From contig CAWDVP010000008.1 of the NCBI GenBank assembly GCA_963805945.1, positions 7,319-71,318 of the forward strand: a stretch of 64,000 nt of DNA, read 5' to 3'. Position 1 is the first letter of the stretch. Every line of letters begins with the position of its first letter. This document shows, in pieces, positions 1-8,750 of the stretch. The DNA is from Vulcanimicrobiota bacterium (GTDB lineage: Bacteria; Vulcanimicrobiota; Vulcanimicrobiia; Eremiobacterales; Eremiobacteraceae). A model generated the notes under the pieces. The model ran no database searches. It had not been told where the DNA came from and was given only the letters and a program-made list of their open reading frames with translations. The position numbers and the translations under genes are program-made.

Positions 1-1640
1 AGCTGGCGATAGGTCCCGCCATCGAGAACGGCTTCTACTACGATTTCTCAAGGGCACGCCGTTCGTGCCTGAGGATCTGCCGCGCATCGAAACACGGATG
101 CGCGAGCTCATCAAAGCGGATGTCGCGATGACCGGCCGCCCGATCACCAGGCCCGAAGCGGAGGCCTACTACCGAAAACGCGAGCAGCCGTTCAAACTCG
201 ATATCCTCGCCGGCATTCCCGAGGGCGAACCGCTCTCGATGTACACGATCGGCGATTTCACCGACCTCTGCCGCGGCGGGCATCTGGAGCGCAGCGGCGA
301 GATCGGCGCGATCAAGCTGTTGTCGATCGCAGGCGCCTATTGGCGCGGCGACGAGCACAATCCGATGCTGCAGCGCATCTACGGCACGGCGTTCCCGTCG
401 CAGGCAGAGCTCGACGAGCATCTTGCGCAGCTCGAAGAGGCGGAGCGAGCGCGATCACCGCCGCCTCGGCAAGGAGCTCGAGCTCTTCTCCATCGAGGAA
501 GAGGCTGGCCCCGGTCTCATCTTCTGGCATCCCGCGGGCGGGCGCGTGCGCGAGGTCATCGAGGACTTCATCCAAGGCGAGCTGCGACGAGCGCGGCTAC
601 GAGCCGGTGTACACGCCGCACGTGGTGCACGAGGGTCTGTACGAGACCTCGGGCCATCTGCAGTCCTTCGTCGAGAAATGTTCGGGCCGCTCGAGCTCGA
701 CGAGCAGCGCTATCGCGTCAAGCCGATGAACTGCCCCGGGCACATCCTCATCTACAAGTCGCGCCCGCGCTCGTATCGCGACCTGCCGCTGCGGCTGGCC
801 GAATTCGGCACCGTATATCGCTACGAGCGCTCCGGCACGCTGCACGGACTGCTGCGCGTCCGCATGATCACGATGGACGACGCGCATCTCTTCTGCACCC
901 CCGACCAACTGCAAGAGGAGTTCGAGAACACGGTCGACGCGGCGCTGACGGTCCTCAAGGCATTCCGCTTCGACGACTACAAGATGTTCGTCTCCACCAA
1001 GCCCGCGAACGCGCTCGGTGATGACGCCTTGTGGGAACGCGCGACAAAGGCGATCATCGCCGCCTGCGATCACGCCGGTCTGAAGTACGAGATGGATGAG
1101 GGCGGCGGCGCCTTCTACGGCCCGAAGCTCGACATCAAGGTCCGTGACGCCATCGGCCGCGAGTGGCAGCTGTCGACGGTGCAGGTCGACTTCAACCTGC
1201 CCGAGCGCTTCGGGCTCACCTATCGCGGCGCGGACGGCGCGGAGCACCGCCCGGTGATGATCCATCGCGCGCTGTGCGGCTCGCTCGAGCGCTTCTTCGG
1301 CGTGCTCATCGAGCACTACGCCGGCGCGTTCCCCGCGTGGCTCGCGCCGGTGCAAGCGGTGCTCGTGCCCATCTCCGAGGACCAGCTCGCGTACGCGGAC
1401 TCGGTCGCGGCCTCGCTGCGTTCGGCAGGCTTCCGCATCGAGGTGGACACCTCGAACGAACGACTTCAGAAGAAGATCCGCAATCAGCAGATGCGCAAGG
1501 TGCCCTACATGCTCGTGGTCGGCAAGAGCGAAGTGGCTGATGCCAAGGTCAACGTCCGTTCACGCTCTGGTGAACAGGAGACCATGACGGCGGAGGCGTT
1601 CGCGGTCAAGCTCGCTGAGGAAGTCCGCACCAAATCCTAG
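1..1640 (+). CDS. thrS: threonine--tRNA ligase, 3' ~1.6 kb (5' end outside window); reading frame broken ~4 times
   Basis: ThrRS hallmarks spread over three frames: GPAIENGFYYDF, EEAER-RDHRRLGKELELF, GPGLIFWHPAG, GYEPVYTPHV..SGHLQSF, KPMNCPGH, class-II core and anticodon-binding tail to TAG 1638-1640. Homology switches frame near 50, 455, 590 and 675. Confidence 0.9.
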
Positions 1641-1668
1641 TGTAGGGGCCGATCTTTAGATCGGCTCT
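1641..1668. repeat. single REP-like hairpin (TGTAG head, stem GCCGATC/GATCGGC, loop TTTA); plausible bidirectional terminator
   Basis: TGTAGGGGCCGATCTTTAGATCGGCTC fills the 29-nt gap between the convergent thrS and adhesin stop codons. Same family as 8673-8740. Confidence 0.8.
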
Positions 1669-1669
1669 T

Positions 1670-4600
1670 CTATTGCACCGTCACCGTCAGGAACACGGTG
1701 CCCGACGCACCCGGGTTGAGCAAGCCGGTGAACGTCCAAGTGACGATCCCGCCGGACGGCCCCGATGGGGTGCAGGCCGTCAACGCCGCGCCCAGCGGTC
1801 CGCAAGTGGCGCTCACAAACGTGGTGTTGGGCGGCACCGGATCCGTCACCGCGAAGTTCGTCTCCGGGAACACGCTGGTGTTGGTATAGGTGATCGTGTA
1901 GAGCAGCGTATCCCCAGGGCTTGCGCTGCCGGTGGTCGCGTTCGAGCTGCCGGTGGTCACGTTGCGCACGACCTTGGCCAGCGACATCGAGACATGGCCG
2001 ATGGTGATCTTCGCGGACGCCGGCAAGAGATTGGTCAGCCCGCCCGGCGTGACGATGGCGCCGGCAGGTATCGTGTTGGTGAAGGTACCGAACTGCGTCG
2101 GCGTCGCGGTCGTGATGTACACGTAGACGACGCACGAGGCGCTCGCAGGAATCGTGAAGCTCGTGACGTTGAACGACGCGCCGCCCGGCACGCCGACGAT
2201 CGTCGCGCCGCAGCCCGGCGGCGCGCCGCCCTGCGGCGGCGGTTGCGTGGTGATGTCCTTGATGACGATGGCGCTCGGCAGCGTGTCGGTCACCGTCGTG
2301 ATGGGCTGCGCGACGGCGGACGGATTCTGGAAGGTGAGCGCGACCCAGGTCGTGCCGCTGGGCGGAATCGCCGGCGCTAAGAACGCTTTCGTCAGGCCGA
2401 TGTTCGCCGACGACGTGAGCGTCGCGCTTGCGCTGAACGAGTTCGTCGCGCCCGAGGTCGCGGTGATCGATCCGGCTGGGATGGTGTTGGTCAGATTTCC
2501 CTCGGTGACCGCGGTGACGTCCACGGCGATCGTGCATGGCTGCAGCGCTCCGCCTGCAGTACGCGAGGGCAACGTGGCGCCGCTCAGGACCACCTGACCG
2601 CTGCCTGCGGTTGCGACCAGCGTTGCGTTCGCGCAGGTCGTGCTGGCGTTGGGGATCGCGGCGACGGTCATGCCGGCTGGCAACGTATCGGTGAGCCCCA
2701 CACCCGTCTCGTTGAAGACGATGCCGCCGGTATAGGCTTGCGCGTTGTTCGAGAGCGTGATCAGCAGATGCGAGGTGCCGGCGGCGGGGATGGTGTTGGG
2801 CGTGAAGGTTTTGTTGACGTTGATCTGCGACGGCGCCACGAACACGACGTTGTTCGCGCCGTTCAACGTCTGGAGATTGTCCTCGGTGCTCTGGACGGTC
2901 ATATGGCCGGCGGTGTAGGTGCCGGCGACCGCCGAGATCACGAAGTACGAGATCGTGCACGTGTCTTTGAAGACGAAGTCGGGCGACGTCGCGGTGTAGG
3001 ACGTGCCGCCCGCCCCAGGCGTGAACGTGAGCACAGAGCCTTTCGTGCACGTATAGGTGAACTGCGGCGCGGCGGCCAGGACCACATTCGTGCCCGCTAC
3101 GTTGAAGTTGAAGACCGCGACGAGGTTGTGGTCGTCCGTGCCGGCCGTCGATATGATCCGGTCGCTCACCGAGATCGTGCCCTTGATCGGCGCGACGCCG
3201 ACCGTGGTCGCGCCGCTGCTCGAGAAGTAGTGGGTGAGGGTCAGCCCGTGGTTGACGGTGAGATTGGCGTTGACGTTGGCGGCGTTGGTGATGGTCACAT
3301 TGGCCGAGGTGACCACGGAAAAGCCGCCCGGCGGGATGCTGTTCGTGAGCGTCACCGGTAATGGCGCCGCGACGGTCGGCGTCACAGGCACGCTGACCGT
3401 GCAGGTCCTGGCTCCCGCGGCGATGGTCCCATTCGTCACTGCGATCGACGTGCCGCCGATCGGCGCGATGATCGTCGGTGCGCCGCAATTGGCGTTCGCC
3501 GTCACCGCGGCGGCGACGATCAGACCCGCGGGCAGGTTGTCGGTGATGGTGACGGCGTGCAGCGCCAGTCCGCCCGTCGGATTGATGACGTTGATGTTGA
3601 GCGTCGAATTGTTGGCGCGCGCCACGCTGGCCGGGCTGAACGCTTTGGTGAACGTCACGGTCGGCGTCGGCGTCGGTCCGACGGTGAGCACCGCAGAGGT
3701 GTTGCTGTTCGCTTTGAGCCCCTGGTCGTTGGTCACCGTGCTGCCGGTGACGGTGTTCGTCGGCGTCTGCGACGGCGGTGCGGCAGGCACGAGCACGTCG
3801 AACGTGATCTTGCAAGTTGCGCCGTTCACTCCCAAGCTCGGCGCCGCCGGCAAGGTGAGGCCGGAGACGACGACGGTTGACGTGCCGGCGATCGTGCCCG
3901 CCGGTCCGCCGCAGGAGTTGGCGAAGTTCGGGACCGCTGCGAGCAAGAGACCGCCCGGCAACACGTCTGAGAAGCCGAAGTTGGTCAGGGGGATGAGGTC
4001 GCGGTTGATCGCCGAGATGGTGATGGTCACCGTCGCGCCGGGGACCGTCGTCGCCGGCGTGAAGCTCTTGACGATCGTCGGCGTGATCGGGAAGTAGGTC
4101 ACGTCGGCGGTGGTGCCCGCGTTGTTCATCACGCCTTGCGCGCTGGTGATCGCCTGCGAGGCCACGGTGAGCCGCTGGCTGCGCTGTGAATTCGAGAACT
4201 GGCCGTTGACGCTCACCGTCACCTGCACCGTGCAGGAGCCATTGGCCGCGATGGTCGCTCCGGTGACGCTGAACGTCGGCGGGGATACCGCGTTGTTGAA
4301 GGTCGCGACGCCGCCGCAGGAATCGGTGACGCTGACGATGTGGAGCGTCGCGCCGCCGACCGGCGACGAGAGCGAACCGGGGATGGTGACGTTGGTGATC
4401 GGCAGCGCGTTCGGATTGGTCACCGTGACGATGAAGACCGGTGATGCGGTCTCCGGCACCTGGTTTGGCGTGACGGTGATCGTGACGCCGAGGTTCCCCG
4501 GGTTGGTGACTTGGAGCGTCGCGGAGGCGGGCGATGAGTTCGTGCCGGCACTGGTGACGAGCGCGCCTGCCGGAATCGTGTTGGTGAAGTTCTGCGCCGA

Positions 4601-4984
4601 GTTGCCGAACACCGAGACGGTCACCGTGCACGCGCCTGGTGTGAACGCGTCCGGCGCCTGCGGGATGACGCCGCCGTTCAGCGTGATGCTGTTGGCGGTG
4701 GTGTTCACCACGCCCCCGGCGCACGTGGTCGTCGGCGTCACCGTTCCGTCGACCGTGAGGCCGGCAGGCAAGTTGTCCGTCATGCTCGTGACGGTGACGC
4801 TCGTCGTCGTGTCGTTGTTGAGCAGCGTGATGGTGAGCGTCGAATCGGCGGCGAAATTGACGTTCGACGGATTGAATGCCTTGTTGATGCCGATCGTTCC
4901 GGCGGAACCCGCCGGCGACCACACGAACAGCGCCACCAGTACAGCCAGGGCGCAGCCCAGCGCCACGCGCGAGATCGCACGCAT
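1670..4984 (-). CDS. large secreted repeat protein (adhesin-like): signal peptide, seven Cys-pair beta-sandwich-like repeats, C-terminal DUF11-type domain
   Basis: ORF 1670-5083. ATG at 4984 is followed by a signal peptide (MRAISRVALGCALAVLVALFVWSPAGSAG). Seven ~125-140-aa repeats each carry a Cys pair (..C-GG.. and ..CTVxV) and an LPAG/LPGG motif. C-terminal PGDTLLYTITYTNT..FAVTDPVP resembles DUF11. No frame breaks. Confidence 0.8.
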   Translation of the reverse strand: MRAISRVALGCALAVLVALFVWSPAGSAGTIGINKAFNPSNVNFAADSTLTITLLNNDTTTSVTVTSMTDNLPAGLTVDGTVTPTTTCAGGVVNTTANSITLNGGVIPQAPDAFTPGACTVTVSVFGNSAQNFTNTIPAGALVTSAGTNSSPASATLQVTNPGNLGVTITVTPNQVPETASPVFIVTVTNPNALPITNVTIPGSLSSPVGGATLHIVSVTDSCGGVATFNNAVSPPTFSVTGATIAANGSCTVQVTVSVNGQFSNSQRSQRLTVASQAITSAQGVMNNAGTTADVTYFPITPTIVKSFTPATTVPGATVTITISAINRDLIPLTNFGFSDVLPGGLLLAAVPNFANSCGGPAGTIAGTSTVVVSGLTLPAAPSLGVNGATCKITFDVLVPAAPPSQTPTNTVTGSTVTNDQGLKANSNTSAVLTVGPTPTPTVTFTKAFSPASVARANNSTLNINVINPTGGLALHAVTITDNLPAGLIVAAAVTANANCGAPTIIAPIGGTSIAVTNGTIAAGARTCTVSVPVTPTVAAPLPVTLTNSIPPGGFSVVTSANVTITNAANVNANLTVNHGLTLTHYFSSSGATTVGVAPIKGTISVSDRIISTAGTDDHNLVAVFNFNVAGTNVVLAAAPQFTYTCTKGSVLTFTPGAGGTSYTATSPDFVFKDTCTISYFVISAVAGTYTAGHMTVQSTEDNLQTLNGANNVVFVAPSQINVNKTFTPNTIPAAGTSHLLITLSNNAQAYTGGIVFNETGVGLTDTLPAGMTVAAIPNASTTCANATLVATAGSGQVVLSGATLPSRTAGGALQPCTIAVDVTAVTEGNLTNTIPAGSITATSGATNSFSASATLTSSANIGLTKAFLAPAIPPSGTTWVALTFQNPSAVAQPITTVTDTLPSAIVIKDITTQPPPQGGAPPGCGATIVGVPGGASFNVTSFTIPASASCVVYVYITTATPTQFGTFTNTIPAGAIVTPGGLTNLLPASAKITIGHVSMSLAKVVRNVTTGSSNATTGSASPGDTLLYTITYTNTSVFPETNFAVTDPVPPNTTFVSATCGPLGAALTACTPSGPSGGIVTWTFTGLLNPGASGTVFLTVTVQ

Positions 4985-5198
4985 GGCTAGCGCCGCCCCG
5001 GTATCAAGAGATCGTGAGCTCCACCCTCGTAAGACTCGGATCCGAACCCCCTGTGACGCGCGCGAAAGCCAGGTCGGAGACAATGTCGCCGTACTATAGA
5101 TATGCTCGGCAGGAACGACCTCACAGTTGAGCGCCGATCCTCATCAGGCTCTAGGGTAACGCCCATCGGGCGTGCAAGCGCCGGGAACGGAGGGTTCT

Positions 5199-5858
5199 AT
5201 GATGACGAACGATACCGACGGACTTACCTCTTTGACCGACCGCGTCAACGCCTTGGAGCGGGAGAACCGGCGCCTCAAGGGCGGCGGCGCGATGTTGCTC
5301 GCCGTGGTCGTCGCGCTGAGCGCGATGGGCGCAGGTGCTGTGGAGTCGTTGAACGCGCAGAAGTTGACCGTCACGGACACGACCGGCTCGGTCACCATCT
5401 CGGGCTCGGATATCATCATGAAGAACCCGAACGGCACCGAGCGGCTCTTCCTCGGCCTCAGCGAGAAGGACCATCCGGTGCTGAACTTCTACGGGCCGGA
5501 GGGGAAGAACCGCGTCAGCCTCATCGGTTCCGATCTGCCGTTCCTGCGGTTGCTCGACGCGAAACAAGAGCGGGAATATATGGGCTTGACGACCGACAAT
5601 CATCCGGTGCTGCGCCTGTACGCTTCCGACGGCACCGAGCGCGCCTTTCTCGGCGTGAGCACGCAGAACGATCCGAATCTTCTTATGTATGGCTCGAACG
5701 GGAAGCTGCGCGCCGCGCTCACCGCGACCGATCTGCCGTACTTCACCATGTATGACGCCGCCAACACGCCGCGCATCAACATCCAAGTGAGCGACAGCAA
5801 TATCGCCAAGATGTGGCTCGAGGATACCAGCGGAAGTTCGACCTGGCGCGCTCCGTAG
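5199..5858 (+). CDS. membrane-anchored hypothetical protein with ~22-aa beta-strand repeats
   Basis: GGAGGG lies 5 nt upstream of ATG 5199 (ORF opens at 5172). Coiled-coil-like N-terminus, one TM helix (GGGAMLLAVVVALSAMGAGAV), then 6-7 degenerate repeats (HPVLNFYGPEGKNRVSL, HPVLRLYASDGTERAFL, PNLLMYGSNGKLRAAL, PYFTMYDAANTPRINI). Confidence 0.65.
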   Translation: MMTNDTDGLTSLTDRVNALERENRRLKGGGAMLLAVVVALSAMGAGAVESLNAQKLTVTDTTGSVTISGSDIIMKNPNGTERLFLGLSEKDHPVLNFYGPEGKNRVSLIGSDLPFLRLLDAKQEREYMGLTTDNHPVLRLYASDGTERAFLGVSTQNDPNLLMYGSNGKLRAALTATDLPYFTMYDAANTPRINIQVSDSNIAKMWLEDTSGSSTWRAP

Positions 5859-5859
5859 C

Positions 5860-6876
5860 GTGCTCCTGCTGGGGATAGAGACCTCGTGCGACGATACCGC
5901 CGCGGCGGTCGTCGCGGATGGCCGCGTCGTCGAGAGCAACGTGCTGGCGTCGCAGGACGAGTTCCACCGCCAGTACGGCGGCGTCGTGCCCGAGATCGCG
6001 AGCCGGCGGCATGCGGAGATGCTAGGCTCGGTCATCGAGCTCGCGCTGACCAAAGCCGGGCGCGGTTTCGACGCGCTCGACGGCGTCGCCGTCACCTGCG
6101 GACCGGGGCTCGCCGGCTCGCTGGTGGTCGGCGTCGCAGCGGCGCAGGCGATCGCGTTCGCGCGCGGGCTGCCCGCATACGCGGTCAACCATCTGCACGG
6201 CCACCTCTTCGCGAACTACCTCGAAAACCCGGACGCTCCGGACCAGGCGCCGCCGCAGACCCCGTTCATCTGCCTGATCGTCTCGGGCGGCCACACCGAT
6301 CTCATCCACGTCGAATCACCCGGCAGGCATCACATCATCGGCCGGACGCTCGACGATGCCGCCGGCGAGGCGTACGACAAAGTCGCACGGCTACTCGGCC
6401 TCGGCTTCCCCGGCGGTCCCGCGCTCGACGCGCTCGCGCGATCTGGCGATCCGCGCGCTTTCGATTTCCCACGCAGCCTGCTCTCCGACGGCTCGTACGA
6501 CTTCAGTTTCTCCGGGCTCAAGACGGCGGTGCGCTACCATCTTGACGCCCACCCGGATCACGTCGCGTCGCGCGCGGCTGACGTCGCCGCGAGTTTCCAG
6601 GCGGCGGTCGTGGACGTGCTGTGCGTGAAGACGCTGCGCGCCGCTGAGACGTTCGGCGTGTCCACCGTGGCGCTCGCGGGGGGCGTCTCCGCCAATTCGG
6701 CTCTTCGCGCGGAGCTGCGCCGGCGCGGCCAGGAAAAGGGTTTACGGGTGCTCGTGCCCCCGCTCGCCTATTGCACCGACAACGCGGCGATGATCGCCGC
6801 AGCCGCATATTACCGCGGCGACGCCGCGCGCGTGCCGGCCGCGGCGCTCCACGCGGACCCGAACTTTGCCTGGTGA
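5860..6876 (+). CDS. tsaD: tRNA N6-adenosine threonylcarbamoyltransferase
   Basis: LLGIETSCDDTAAAVV, SGGHTDL and Kae1/TsaD-type sequence over all 338 aa. GTG start lies 1 nt after the preceding stop. Confidence 0.93.
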   Translation: MLLLGIETSCDDTAAAVVADGRVVESNVLASQDEFHRQYGGVVPEIASRRHAEMLGSVIELALTKAGRGFDALDGVAVTCGPGLAGSLVVGVAAAQAIAFARGLPAYAVNHLHGHLFANYLENPDAPDQAPPQTPFICLIVSGGHTDLIHVESPGRHHIIGRTLDDAAGEAYDKVARLLGLGFPGGPALDALARSGDPRAFDFPRSLLSDGSYDFSFSGLKTAVRYHLDAHPDHVASRAADVAASFQAAVVDVLCVKTLRAAETFGVSTVALAGGVSANSALRAELRRRGQEKGLRVLVPPLAYCTDNAAMIAAAAYYRGDAARVPAAALHADPNFAW

Positions 6877-6925
6877 CGGCGAATACGACCGCGGCGAACG
6901 CAAGGAGCTGTCGCGGGAGTTCCGC

Positions 6926-7021
6926 ATGTGGCTCGCCGGCTGCGGCATCGTGGTGCTGATCTTGGTCGTCTGCTTCGTGCTCTACGCGGTACTGCTCATC
7001 AGGAGCGGCTGGCACGGCTGA
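6926..7021 (+). CDS. possible 31-aa single-TM micro-protein (below ORF-track cutoff)
   Basis: ATG 6926 gives MWLAGCGIVVLILVVCFVLYAVLLIRSGWHG, ending at TGA 7019-7021. The only SD-like AAGGAG is ~17 nt upstream, which is too far. The frame stays open back to the tsaD stop. Confidence 0.25.
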   Translation: MWLAGCGIVVLILVVCFVLYAVLLIRSGWHG

Positions 7022-7031
7022 GCGCGGCCTA

Positions 7032-7099
7032 TGTAGGGGTCGACCTTTTGGTCGACCCGGTCACTGCGAAGCGGACCGACCTAAAGGTCGGTCCCTACA
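7032..7099. repeat. REPIN-like inverted doublet of two 27-nt hairpins
   Basis: TGTAGGGGTCGACC-TTTT-GGTCGACCC (7032-7058), 14-nt spacer, GGACCGACC-TAAA-GGTCGGTCCCTACA (7073-7099). TGTAG/CTACA ends face outward. Confidence 0.85.
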
Positions 7100-8677
7100 T
7101 GGATGCCAAATATCGCGGGATGATTTCCCGCGCCGCCCTGTTCGCCGCCATCTTCTTGTCATGCGTGCTCTTGGCCGCGACCGCGCGCGCCGACACGCCC
7201 TCGCCGGCTCCGGGCGCGTCTACGAACCCGTCCGCAAGCCCGACCGCGACGCCGGTCGAGCCGACGCCGCCGGCGGACGTCTCGACGCATCACACCACCC
7301 AGCTCGACGGGCGCAGCATCCCCTATACCGCAACCGCCGGCACGATCACGCTGCGCGACGACGAGAACGAGCCGACCGCCTCCATGTTCTATGTCGCCTA
7401 CACCCAAGACGGCGTCGGCAGATCTGAGCCACCGGCCGGTGACCTTCTTCTATAACGGCGGGCCAGGCGCGGGCACGATCTGGCTGCATATGGGCTCGTT
7501 CGCACCGAGGCGCGTCGTCGTGCCCAACGCCGGCGCCACGCGCGGACCGCCGTATCAGCTGGTCGACAACGAATACGGCTTGCTCGACAAGTCCGATCTC
7601 GTCTTCATCGACGCGCCGGGGACGGGCTTTTCGCGGCTCACCGGCAAGTCAAAGCCCAAGGACTTCTTCGGCATCGACAAGGACGCCGCCGCGTTCGGAC
7701 AGTTCATCCAGCGCTACCTCACCGCGAACAAGCGCTGGAACTCGCCGAAGTTCCTCTTCGGCGAGAGCTACGGCACGACGCGGTCGTGCGCGCTGGCCCG
7801 CTATCTGCAGCGGCATGAGATCAATGTCAACGGCGTCGTGCTGCTCTCGGCCGCGCTCAACTTCTTGCAGTTCCAAGGCGGCGATGGCAACGACATGCCG
7901 TACGTCACCTACGTGCCGACAGAGGCGGCGGTCGCGTGGTACCATCACAAAGTGCCGGACCCGCCCGCTGATTTCCAAGCGTTCCTCCGATCCGCGCAGG
8001 CCTTTGCGGTCGGAGAGTACGCCACCGCGCTCGCGCAAGGGTCGACGCTCAGCCCCGCCGCGCGCGAAGACGTCATCCATAAGCTGCACGGCTTCATCGG
8101 CATCAGCGAGGCCTATCTGCGCCGCGCCGATCTGCGCATCGAGCCCGACGAGTTCGAGAAGCAGCTGCTCGGCGGCTCGTATCTCATCCTGGGCCGCTAT
8201 GACGCGCGCTACGTCGGCGTCGACGTCTCGCCGAACGCCCAGGTTCCCGACTGGGATCCGTCCTACGATTACATCGCACCGCCATACGTCGCGACCTTGA
8301 ACGACTACGTGCGCGGCGAACTCGGCTATCACACGACCGCGTTCTACAAGCCGCTCACGTTCTTAGGGGAGTGGGACTTCCATCGCGCGGGTCAGCAGGC
8401 GGAGATCGACACCGGCGACGTCTTGCCCGATCTCATGCTCGCCATGACCACAAACCCGCGCCTGCGCGTGTTCTCGGCGAACGGCTATTACGACATGGCG
8501 ACGCCGTTCTTCGCGACCGAGTTCCTCATCGATCACATGGGGCTCAATCCGGCGCTCGCGGGGCACATCCAGTACAATTTCTATCAGTCGGGGCACATGG
8601 TCTATCTGAACACGACGGCGCTGGCGGCCTTCAAGAAGGATCTCGCGCGCTGGTACGACATGGTCTTGTCGATGTAG
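7099..8677 (+). CDS. secreted serine carboxypeptidase, peptidase family S10 (one frame break ~7418)
   Basis: Signal peptide MDAKYRGMISRAALFAAIFLSCVLLAATARA (alternative ATG 7120) and a Pro/Thr-rich linker, then VTFFYNGGPGAGT, FIDAPGTGFS and GESYGTTR. The N-terminal part is in the frame of ORF 6928-7455 and the rest is ORF 7391-8677. Stop TAG 8675-8677 lies inside the next repeat. Confidence 0.85.
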
Positions 8678-8740
8678 GGGCCGACCTTTAGGTCGGCCCA
8701 AGCGCACGATCCAGGGTCGATCTAAAGATCGACCCCTACA
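8673..8740. repeat. REPIN-like inverted doublet (archetype of the family)
   Basis: TGTAGGGGCCGACC-TTTA-GGTCGGCCC (8673-8699), 14-nt spacer, GGGTCGATC-TAAA-GATCGACCCCTACA (8714-8740), between the convergent peptidase and pyk genes. Confidence 0.9.
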
Positions 8741-8750
8741 TTGAAGTGCG

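Noticed and set aside
1656-4922. 1088-aa Arg/His/Asp-rich ORF, and many similar long ORFs in the track (for example 36991-38427, 39349-40245 downstream part, 40368-41978, 28717-30018 tail, 55702-57414 parts)
   Set aside because: These are out-of-frame or antisense shadows of real genes. They are expected in very GC-rich DNA, where stop codons are rare. Their composition is dominated by R, A, G, P and H, and they lack recognisable motifs. The overlapping frame carries clear homology.
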